A DNA stretch of 36,360 nt from a virus. Its lineage: Duplodnaviria; Caudoviricetes. A program made the position numbers and the translations under genes. The notes below the pieces were generated by a model. That model saw only the letters and a program-made list of their open reading frames with translations, did not search any database and was not told the DNA's origin. Positions 1 to 7,108 of this stretch are shown here, piece after piece. The DNA lies in IMG/VR virus record IMGVR_UViG_3300049137_000076, positions 1 through 36,360 of that record; one strand, given 5' to 3'. Position 1 is the stretch's first letter; each line of letters opens with the position of its first letter.

Positions 1-479
1 TCCTGGAGATCATGCAGACCGTCCGCGCGGACCTGCTGGAGTGCGCCGACCAGACCGCCGCCGCCGTGCAGCGCCCCGTGATGAGCCCCCTGCCGAAGGG
101 CTACCCGGACGTCGACCGGGCCCGCCGCGAGATCCTGATCATGCAGGACCGGCGCGACCCCCGCCGCTGGCGCTGGGCTGGGATACGGCCCGACGCCGCG
201 TACACGGCGCTGTGGCTGCTGGCCAGGGTGCAGGGGGCGCCCGGCCCGTTCCGCGCCCTGCACGCCCGGGAGATGGACCACGTGGCCTCCGTCGCCCGGA
301 CCGCGTGCGGGCGGGTAGAGCGGGCGCTGGACATCGTGGGGCAGCGCCGCAGTCTGGCCGAGCGGCACGAGTGCGGGGGCCGGATCGACGTGTACGGCGG
401 GGCCGGCGCGCACCCGACCGCGCACTGCACCGGCTGCGGCCGAACCTGGACCGAGCGCGACACCGCCGCCGTAGCCTGA
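1..479 (+). CDS. Phage protein with C-terminal Zn-ribbon (5' partial); possible late-gene regulator
   Basis: Frame open from position 3; C-terminal HECGG...CTGCGRTW motif; last gene of the early region. Confidence 0.6.
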   Translation, partial: LEIMQTVRADLLECADQTAAAVQRPVMSPLPKGYPDVDRARREILIMQDRRDPRRWRWAGIRPDAAYTALWLLARVQGAPGPFRALHAREMDHVASVARTACGRVERALDIVGQRRSLAERHECGGRIDVYGGAGAHPTAHCTGCGRTWTERDTAAVA

Positions 480-494
480 CCCTGGACAGCACGA

Positions 495-523
495 GGCCCC
501 TGCCGACCCCCACGGCAGGGGCC
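495..523. terminator. Bidirectional hairpin terminator between convergent genes
   Basis: GGCCCCTGCCG (495-505) / CGGCAGGGGCC (513-523). Confidence 0.7.
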
Positions 524-538
524 CTCTCGTGCGCGCGG

Positions 539-838
539 CTACTCCTCGGACTTCGAGCGGGACTTCGTCCCCCACGCGCTCCCATGACCACGCTCGATGT
601 TCTGCACCGTGCCGAGCGACACGCCCAGCCGAGCGGCGATCTTCCGATACGAGACACCCTCGGCGCGCATCGCGAGCACCGCGTCACGTCGGAGGTCACG
701 CAGCCTCGGCACGCGCTTCTCGTAGTCGCGCAGCACCTCGCTGATCGCTACGGCGCGCTGTACCGGGTCGTCGATCTCTTCAACCCGCTTCAGAGCATCG
801 CTCACTCCTCGCGCCTCCTCGGTCTCGTCCTCAGCCAT
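539..838 (-). CDS. Small HTH DNA-binding regulator (99 aa), divergent from the membrane-protein operon
   Basis: MAEDETEE...GVSYRKIAARLGVSLGTVQNIERG helix-turn-helix; SD AAGGGA upstream of ATG at 838. Confidence 0.85.
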   Translation of the reverse strand: MAEDETEEARGVSDALKRVEEIDDPVQRAVAISEVLRDYEKRVPRLRDLRRDAVLAMRAEGVSYRKIAARLGVSLGTVQNIERGHGSAWGTKSRSKSEE

Positions 839-863
839 GCCCGTCCCTTCTGCGGCGGGCCGC

Positions 864-892
864 TTGCCTGAGTGTATGCCATGGCATACGCT
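864..892. promoter_or_regulatory. Overlapping divergent promoters with a 16-bp palindromic operator
   Basis: TTGCCT(864-869)-17bp-TACGCT(887-892) on +; TACACT (rc of 871-876) on -; perfect palindrome GTATGCCATGGCATAC at 874-889. Confidence 0.7.
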
Positions 893-1010
893 CTGCGGCA
901 GAGACAGCCCGCGCTGATCTCCAACGCACAAAGCCCCCGGCCCGGCGCTGCACACGCCATATGGGCCGGGGGCGGACCCACCCCGAAGCGATCGAAGGAG
1001 CAGGTCCGCC

Positions 1011-1169
1011 ATGGAGCGTACCGACCAGCCCAAGCAGCAGCCCACCCCCACGCAGTACGAGCCCCAGCCCAACAGCGTCACCAGCGAGCCCGCCACCGTC
1101 GAAGCGTGCCAAGCCGACTACGCCGCCGGCGCCGACATCCGCGCCCGCCTCGGCTGGACCGACGCCTGA
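1011..1169 (+). CDS. Small hypothetical protein (52 aa, MERTDQPKQQ...RLGWTDA)
   Basis: SD GAAGGAG at 994-1000, ATG at 1011, TGA overlapping the next ATG; not in the ORF track. Confidence 0.65.
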   Translation: MERTDQPKQQPTPTQYEPQPNSVTSEPATVEACQADYAAGADIRARLGWTDA

Positions 1170-1246
1170 TGCGCGCCCTGTACCTGCTCGCCATGGCATG
1201 GCCGCTGATCCTCGCCGCGTACCTCATCGGCCGGCACTTCAGCTGA
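1169..1246 (+). CDS. 25-aa single-TM peptide (MRALYLLAMAWPLILAAYLIGRHFS)
   Basis: TGATG translational coupling; hydrophobic sequence. Confidence 0.55.
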   Translation: MRALYLLAMAWPLILAAYLIGRHFS

Positions 1247-1256
1247 CCCTCCGACC

Positions 1257-1292
1257 GGCCGGGCCCCGTACAACCCCCAGCGGGGCCCGGCC
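1257..1292 (+). terminator. Intergenic 12-bp stem hairpin (attenuator or mRNA stabiliser)
   Basis: GGCCGGGCCCCG / CGGGGCCCGGCC. Confidence 0.5.
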
Positions 1293-1316
1293 TCCCCACG
1301 CTGCCCAAGGAGCACC

Positions 1317-2123
1317 GTGAAGACCCGTCTGAGCCGCCTGCGTGCTCGCCTCACGTCCCGCCCGGGACGCCCGTCCCACACTCCGTCTCACCCCGTCCCG
1401 TGGTGGGTGCGCTGGTTCACCAACGCGGGACGCCCCGTCGTCGCCATCGTCGTCCTGATCATGTGCGCGCCCGGGGAGCACCACCTCGCCGTCCTCGCCG
1501 GGTGGGACGAGCGTCTCGCATGGGGCATGGCCGCCGTCCTCGCCGCGTATGCGGGCATCGCCGCGTCCGTTGCGTCCAACCGGCCCAAGGGCGCGCCCGG
1601 CAAGCGGTCCGCGGTGGCTGGCGCGATCATCTCCCTGGGCGCAGCGATGGCGGCTCAGCCCGTCTCACACGCGTTCGTCACCGGGCATCTGTCCAGCTCA
1701 CCGCGCACGCCCCTGTGGCTCGTCATCGTCGTCTCGTGCGTCCCGCCCCTCGTGTTCGGGCACCTGCTGCACCTCGCCGCCACCCCGGTCCCGCGCGCTG
1801 CCGAGACGCCCACCACGGCACCCGTCGCACCGCACGCCCAGCCCGAGCCGCGCCCCGTCCCGGCCCGCCCCTCGTGGGAGCACCTCGTCCCGCCGGCCGT
1901 GCGGCTCCTGCCGCTTGTGCCGCGCACCGCTGAGACAGGCCGAGACGCCCGTGAGACGCAGCGATTCCTGACCACCAAGGAGGTCGCCACCCGCTTCGGC
2001 GTCAGCGAGTCGACCGTCCGTACGTGGAAGGACCGCGGCAAGGTGACGCCTGCGTTCGTCGACCCTGCCCGCGGCGCCATGTACGACCCCGAGACGCTGC
2101 CTGCTGTGACCGCGGTCGGGTGA
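1317..2123 (+). CDS. Membrane protein with C-terminal MerR/excisionase-like HTH (DUF2637/Spd-like architecture)
   Basis: About 4 TM segments, Pro-rich linker, C-terminal FLTTKEVATRFGVSESTVRTWKDRGKV; SD AAGGAG. Confidence 0.75.
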   Translation: MKTRLSRLRARLTSRPGRPSHTPSHPVPWWVRWFTNAGRPVVAIVVLIMCAPGEHHLAVLAGWDERLAWGMAAVLAAYAGIAASVASNRPKGAPGKRSAVAGAIISLGAAMAAQPVSHAFVTGHLSSSPRTPLWLVIVVSCVPPLVFGHLLHLAATPVPRAAETPTTAPVAPHAQPEPRPVPARPSWEHLVPPAVRLLPLVPRTAETGRDARETQRFLTTKEVATRFGVSESTVRTWKDRGKVTPAFVDPARGAMYDPETLPAVTAVG

Positions 2124-2141
2124 GACGCATGCCTGAGACGC
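1384..2141. repeat. Dispersed YGAGACG repeat field
   Basis: CGTCTC at 1384, 1512, 1661, 1730; GAGACG at 1803, 1942, 1953, 2091, 2122, 2135; variant GAGACA at 1932. Confidence 0.65.
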
Positions 2142-2575
2142 CCGACGAGCCGCGCTGGTGGGAGGTCGGCAAGGAGCCGCCCGCCCCCCTGGCGCCGCAG
2201 GACACCACCGCGCCCGGTGTGCACGTTCACATCACCCCGCCCGCCGAGCCACCCCCCATCGACTCCGCTGCCGTCCACCGGCGGGTCCGGGCCCGGCGCT
2301 GGTTCCTCGTCCACGGCGCCGCCGCTGGCACCGGCTGGACGTTCGGCCTCTACGACGCGATCAGCACCGGCCTGCTCGACCCCCTCGGCCAGGGAGCGCC
2401 CGCCGCCGGCCTCGCCCTCGCCGCCTTCGGCTGGATCGGCGCCGAGATCGCGGGGGAGCGGTACGGGCGCATCCTGCCCACCCGCATCCGGCCCCCCTTC
2501 CTGTGGGTGCTGCGCATCCCCATGGCCACCGCCCTGCTCGCCACCGCCCTGCACGCGCCCAACGCCCTGATCTAG
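2129..2575 (+). CDS. Membrane protein (148 aa, about 3 TM)
   Basis: ATG just after the upstream stop; Pro-rich N-terminus followed by hydrophobic helices. Confidence 0.8.
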   Translation: MPETPDEPRWWEVGKEPPAPLAPQDTTAPGVHVHITPPAEPPPIDSAAVHRRVRARRWFLVHGAAAGTGWTFGLYDAISTGLLDPLGQGAPAAGLALAAFGWIGAEIAGERYGRILPTRIRPPFLWVLRIPMATALLATALHAPNALI

Positions 2576-2584
2576 GAGCCCATC

Positions 2585-3031
2585 GTGTACCTCGCAGCAG
2601 AAGCCGAAGGGGCCGCCCTCGGCGCGCTCGGCGCCGGTGGCCTGGCCTTCGCCCTCGCCCTGTTCCTGGTGCTCGGCGTCAAGGGCCAAGGACGCGTCAA
2701 GCTGAAGGACAACCCCGCGATGATCTGCGGGTTCGTCGCCTCCACCGCGTTCAGCGCTGCCGGTTCCATCTGGGCGAACCCGGAGCGGATCACCAGCCAG
2801 GGACTGACCGGCCTCGGCGTAGGCCAGGGGAGCGGTCCTTTCGGCAACGTCGGTATCGGCGCCGTGGCCCTGGTGCTGCTCATCCTGATGATGTGCTGGC
2901 GGATGACCCCCCTGCGCGGAGCGATCCTCGGCCTGGTCGCCGGCATCGTCTGGCCCGCAGCGGGTGACGGCACGCTCTGGGCCGCGCCGTCTGAGCTGGC
3001 CGCGGCCGTCCTGATGATGGTGGGCGGCTGA
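2585..3031 (+). CDS. Gly/Ala-rich multi-pass membrane protein (148 aa)
   Basis: SD AGGAG; about 4 hydrophobic segments. Confidence 0.85.
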   Translation: MYLAAEAEGAALGALGAGGLAFALALFLVLGVKGQGRVKLKDNPAMICGFVASTAFSAAGSIWANPERITSQGLTGLGVGQGSGPFGNVGIGAVALVLLILMMCWRMTPLRGAILGLVAGIVWPAAGDGTLWAAPSELAAAVLMMVGG

Positions 3032-3032
3032 C

Positions 3033-3695
3033 ATGCGCGTCTGGGTCGCCATCTGGACCGGGTCCAGCGCCATCAGTCGACTGGTCGCCCTGTGGATCGC
3101 CGAAGGCCCGCTCCTACGCCTGGTCCTGGTCGTCGTCGCCGCGGGGTTCCTGCGCGGCTGGCCCGGGTGGGACGTCACCGCCCCGGCCCTGGCCGTCGGG
3201 TGGCTCGTCCTCGCGGTCGTGCTCGGCCTGCGTCTGCCCGACCCGACCGCTCCCGCGAAGCCCGCACCGCCGTCCCCCGACGAGCCTGCCGAGGAGACCC
3301 GGGAGCAGCCCGCCGAGGAGGCCGCCCCGACCCCGGCTCGTATCCCCCGCGAGCACCTCGTCCAGGCCCTCCACACGGTGGGCGCACCCCACGCCCACAT
3401 CAGCGCCCTCGCCGAGCATCTGGAGGCCCCCACCGAGGCCGTGCGGGAGGCCCTTGCGGCGGCCGGCATCCCCCTCTCCGGAGGGGTGCGGATGAAGGGC
3501 CGGCGGGTGGCCGTGTCCCCGGGCGTGAAGCGGGGCGACTTCCCGCCCCTTCCCTCCCCCGCCGAGGAGACGTCCCAAGTGGGGCCGTTGACCAGCAACA
3601 ACAACGACAACAACAACGCTCGCGGCTTCGAGACGGTGCCCGACGAGGAGCGCCCCCACCGCACGCTCGTGCGCTGGATGAAGGCCGCGAAGTAG
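3033..3695 (+). CDS. Membrane-anchored protein with putative C-terminal winged-helix domain
   Basis: N-terminal TMs, Pro/Glu linker, HAHISALAEHL...VREALAAAGIP...GVKRGDF. Confidence 0.75.
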   Translation: MRVWVAIWTGSSAISRLVALWIAEGPLLRLVLVVVAAGFLRGWPGWDVTAPALAVGWLVLAVVLGLRLPDPTAPAKPAPPSPDEPAEETREQPAEEAAPTPARIPREHLVQALHTVGAPHAHISALAEHLEAPTEAVREALAAAGIPLSGGVRMKGRRVAVSPGVKRGDFPPLPSPAEETSQVGPLTSNNNDNNNARGFETVPDEERPHRTLVRWMKAAK

Positions 3696-3772
3696 ACCCC
3701 GGGGCGGCCGTCCTTCCGCCAAGTCGTCCAGCCGCCCCGGTCCCATCCCAACCACGAGACGGAGAGCCCATC

Positions 3773-3910
3773 ATGGCACTCGGATTCCCCAAGCCGATCA
3801 AGCCCGACGACCCCCGCCTGGAGGGGCACGGCACGACCTACCAGGCGTCCCGCGGCGGCCACTACCCGGAGCCGAAGAAGCCCACCCCCGGCACGCCGAA
3901 GAAGGGATGA
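3773..3910 (+). CDS. Small Pro/Lys-rich hypothetical protein (45 aa)
   Basis: SD GGAGAG, ATG at 3773, stop overlaps the next ORF. Confidence 0.6.
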   Translation: MALGFPKPIKPDDPRLEGHGTTYQASRGGHYPEPKKPTPGTPKKG

Positions 3911-4182
3911 TGGGGGCTATGAGCTACCGCCCCTATCCCGACCCTGAGCGGGCCCGCCGCCAGCTCGACCGCCACCGGCGCCCCGCCGTGCCGCTGACCG
4001 AGTTGCAGCGCCAGATGGCGACGTCGGCTCGCACGGTGCTGGAGCACGCCGAGCGCCAGATGCGTCCCTTCGGTGAGGCCATGCGCCAGTGGGCTGCTGC
4101 CGCCGCCGTCACCGTCCAGCGCGAGACGTCCCTCACCTCACAGCTCAGGAAGATGCTCAAGGAGCGCGCCGCCGCTTCCTGA
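3907..4182 (+). CDS. Hypothetical protein
   Basis: ATGA overlap; typical codon usage; MSYRPYPDPERARRQ. Confidence 0.65.
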   Translation: MMGAMSYRPYPDPERARRQLDRHRRPAVPLTELQRQMATSARTVLEHAERQMRPFGEAMRQWAAAAAVTVQRETSLTSQLRKMLKERAAAS

Positions 4183-4192
4183 CCGGCCGCTG

Positions 4193-4215
4193 TTGTCAGA
4201 CCCTCGCCGTACAGT
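4193..4215 (+). promoter_or_regulatory. RecA-NDp/PafBC-type promoter motif
   Basis: tTGTCAG-N10-TACAGT matches the actinobacterial TGTCRG-N10-TANNNT consensus. Confidence 0.45.
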
Positions 4216-4285
4216 CGCAGACGCAAGGGCCCTCGCCTAAAACCCCAGGGGCGAGGGCTCGGCCATGCCCGGACTACGCCTGTAG

Positions 4286-4314
4286 TTGCATTCGGCGCGA
4301 TCATGTCGCATCCT
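4286..4314 (+). promoter_or_regulatory. Putative late promoter
   Basis: TTGCAT-17bp-CATCCT upstream of the packaging module. Confidence 0.4.
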
Positions 4315-4555
4315 GGCCCCACGTCCGGCGTGCCCGGACCCCGCGGCCACGGCCCCCGTCTCCACCCGAGCGGGGGCCGTTCGCTTACCCCCAAACCCCG
4401 CGCAGGGCCAACCCCCATCGCGATCACACGACGCGGGTTGTTGCTGGCGCTCACCCTGCGCGGCCCCTCTTCCGTCACAGGACAGGCACAACACCCCCGA
4501 ACCCCCACGGGACATGCCACCATCCCCCCAGCCAGCAACACACCAGGGGGATCAC

Positions 4556-5023
4556 ATGATCCAAGCGAAGGGCCAAGGCGGACAGATGGCCTTCGACGGC
4601 CAGTACGTCACCATCACCCGCGAAGGCTTCCTCGGCCGCGCCACCCACGGACGCGGCGAGAAGAAGCTGCACATCACCTCCATCAGCGCCGTGCAGTGGA
4701 AGCCGCCGGGCATGATGACCAACGGGTTCATTCAGCTGTCCATCGGCGGAGCCGACCGGCAGGCGGCGAAGGGCTCCCGCACGCTCGACGCCACCAAAGA
4801 CGAGAACAGCGTCATCTTCACGAAGAAGCAGCAGCCCGAGTTCGAGAAGCTCCGGGCGGCCCTGGACGCGGCGATCGCCGCGCAGCACGCCCCGCAGGCC
4901 CCGGCCGCCGGCGCGCCGTCATCGCTCGCCGACGAGTTGGGCAAGCTCGCGGCTCTCCGTGACCAAGGGATTCTGAGCCCGGCGGAGTTCGAGGCGCAGA
5001 AGGCGCGGCTTCTCGGGCAGTAG
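4556..5023 (+). CDS. DUF4429-like plus C-terminal SHOCT domain protein (moron-like)
   Basis: MIQAKGQGGQMAFDGQYVTITR...ISAVQWKPPG...NGFIQ...DENSVIF; SHOCT motif LADELGKLAALRDQGILSPAEFEAQKARLL. Confidence 0.85.
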   Translation: MIQAKGQGGQMAFDGQYVTITREGFLGRATHGRGEKKLHITSISAVQWKPPGMMTNGFIQLSIGGADRQAAKGSRTLDATKDENSVIFTKKQQPEFEKLRAALDAAIAAQHAPQAPAAGAPSSLADELGKLAALRDQGILSPAEFEAQKARLLGQ

Positions 5024-5037
5024 CCCACCCCTGATCT

Positions 5038-5069
5038 GGCCCGGCCGTCCACCCCTGTGCGGCCGGGCC
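5038..5069 (+). terminator. Hairpin after the SHOCT gene
   Basis: GGCCCGGCCG / CGGCCGGGCC followed by TTCG. Confidence 0.55.
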
Positions 5070-5100
5070 TTCGCATGCCCGCACCACTCCGGGAGGCCCC

Positions 5101-5277
5101 GTGGCGAGCAAGAAGCGCGGCATCACGTCCGGACGAGTCGACGCGTACGAGGCCCTCAGAGCGCAGGGCATGAGCAAGAAGAAGGCCGCGAAGATCGCCA
5201 ACGCGGGCAAGACGAAGGCCGGCCGATCGGCCATGGCGAAGAAGGCCGCGCGCACCCGCGCCCGGCGCGGCAAGTAA
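5101..5277 (+). CDS. Small very basic protein (58 aa)
   Basis: SD GGGAGG, GTG at 5101; MASKKRGITSGRVDAYEALRAQGMSKKKAAKIANAGKTKAGRSAMAKKAARTRARRGK; not in the ORF track. Confidence 0.75.
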   Translation: MASKKRGITSGRVDAYEALRAQGMSKKKAAKIANAGKTKAGRSAMAKKAARTRARRGK

Positions 5278-5295
5278 CCCCCGGGAGGTGACCCC

Positions 5296-5826
5296 GTGTC
5301 CGTCAACAAGGACAAGCGACCGGTCACCGACGAGGACCGCGAAGCCGTGCGACGCCTGGCCGCCGAGGGCAAGGGCCGAAACGAGATCGCCCGGGAGCTG
5401 AAGCGCTCTCCGCGGACCATCAGCACGATCGCCGAGAAGCTGGACCCGCCCGTCACGTTCGACCGGACCATGACCGCGATCGCCACCAAGGCCCGCGTAC
5501 AGGACGCCAAGGCCCGCCGTGCCGCCCTCATGGAGCGCTATTACGAGCAGGCGCACAAGCATCTCGACCGGCTCGACCGCGATGTCCACCACATCACAGA
5601 GGTCAGTATCGGCAAGGTCGTCCGCTACCGTGCCGACGACCTCCCCACGCAGGACGTCCGCAACCTCATCCAGGCGTCCACCGTGGCCGCGAACCAGGCC
5701 CTCAAGCTGGAGGCCCTCGACAGCAGCAACGGCGTGGACGACGCCAAGAGCATGCTCGGCCAGCTCGCCGCCGGCCTCACCGCGGCGTACAACGCCATGA
5801 ACGAGGGGGCGGGTGATGCTCCGTGA
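5296..5826 (+). CDS. Terminase small subunit (N-terminal HTH)
   Basis: GKGRNEIARELKRSPRTISTIA HTH; overlaps the terL start. Confidence 0.75.
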   Translation: MSVNKDKRPVTDEDREAVRRLAAEGKGRNEIARELKRSPRTISTIAEKLDPPVTFDRTMTAIATKARVQDAKARRAALMERYYEQAHKHLDRLDRDVHHITEVSIGKVVRYRADDLPTQDVRNLIQASTVAANQALKLEALDSSNGVDDAKSMLGQLAAGLTAAYNAMNEGAGDAP

Positions 5827-7108
5827 CGTCCCGCTGCCGCTGTCGCCGAAACAGATCCGCAGCATTGTGGAGGCGCAGCACGCTCCGATCGGCCTGTGGT
5901 CGGGGGCGGTGTCGTCCGGCAAGACGATCGCCTCGCTACTCGCGTTCCTGATCGCCCTCGTGGCCGCGCCGGATCACGGCCTGGTCGTCATCATCGGGCG
6001 CACGCTCCAGACGATCGAGCGGAACCTGATCGACCCCTTGCAGTCGAAGTTTCTGTTCGGGCCGCTTGCTGCGCACGTCCACCACACCACCGGCGCGACC
6101 ACTGCGACGATCCTGGGCCGGACCGTGCACCTCGTGGGCGCGTCCGACGCCCGCGCGGAGGGCCGCATCCGCGGCGCCACCATCGCCCTCGCGTATGTGG
6201 ACGAGGCGACGCTCCTGCCGCATGCGTTCTGGATGATGCTGCTGTCCCGGCTCCGCGTCGGCGACCAGTCCCGCCTGCTGGCCACGACCAACCCAGACGG
6301 ACCTTTCCACTGGCTCCGCCGGGAGTTCATCCTCCGCGGGCCCGAGGTGGGGCTGACCAACTGGCACTTCACCCTGGACGACAACCCGTCGATGGACCCC
6401 GGCGTCGTCGCCCGTATGAAGCGGCAGTACACCGGCCTGTGGTACCGGCGGTTCATCCTCGGCGAGTGGTGCCTCGCCCAGGGCGCCGTGTACGACATGT
6501 TCGACGAGACCCGCCACGTTGTGGACCTGTTGCCGTACATGCGCCGCTGGACCGCCGTGGGCATCGACTACGGCACCGTCAATCCCTTCGCCGCCGTCCT
6601 GATCGGGCACGGAGAGGACAACCGGCTGTACGCCGTCAGCGAGTACCGGCACGACTCCGCGACCGCGCTGCGCCAGCTGACCGACGCCGAGTACAGCCGC
6701 AACGTGCGCGAGTGGCTGGCGAACGTACGCCGGCCGGGCGAGCAGGGGCAGGCGCGCGGCGTCCGCCCCGAATGGATCTTCGTGGACCCGTCGGCGGCGT
6801 CGTTCATGAACCAGCTGTGGACGGAGCGGGTGCCGAATATCGCCCCCGCGGTCAACGACGTCCTGGACGGCATCCGGTCCGTGTCCGTCGCGCTCGGCTC
6901 CGGGCTGCTGCGTATCCACCGCTCGTGCACGGGCTTGCTAGGCGAACTGCCCGGCTACGCCTGGGACGAGAAGGCCGCCGAGCGGGGCGAGGACAAGCCG
7001 CTGAAGGTGAACGACCACTCCGCGGACGCCCTGCGCTACGCACTTCATTCCACCGCGCACGAGTGGCGCGGCCTGATCGATTGGGAGGCGACCGGTGCCG
7101 CTGCCTGA
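5816..7108 (+). CDS. terL: Terminase large subunit (PBSX-type)
   Basis: Walker A GAVSSGKT, Walker B YVDEA, TTNP motif, nuclease GIDYG and DHSADALRY. Confidence 0.95.
   Translation: MLRDVPLPLSPKQIRSIVEAQHAPIGLWSGAVSSGKTIASLLAFLIALVAAPDHGLVVIIGRTLQTIERNLIDPLQSKFLFGPLAAHVHHTTGATTATILGRTVHLVGASDARAEGRIRGATIALAYVDEATLLPHAFWMMLLSRLRVGDQSRLLATTNPDGPFHWLRREFILRGPEVGLTNWHFTLDDNPSMDPGVVARMKRQYTGLWYRRFILGEWCLAQGAVYDMFDETRHVVDLLPYMRRWTAVGIDYGTVNPFAAVLIGHGEDNRLYAVSEYRHDSATALRQLTDAEYSRNVREWLANVRRPGEQGQARGVRPEWIFVDPSAASFMNQLWTERVPNIAPAVNDVLDGIRSVSVALGSGLLRIHRSCTGLLGELPGYAWDEKAAERGEDKPLKVNDHSADALRYALHSTAHEWRGLIDWEATGAAA

Noticed and set aside
1655-3862. 735-aa minus-strand ORF
   Set aside because: Shadow ORF opposite four well-formed plus-strand genes; a common artefact of high GC
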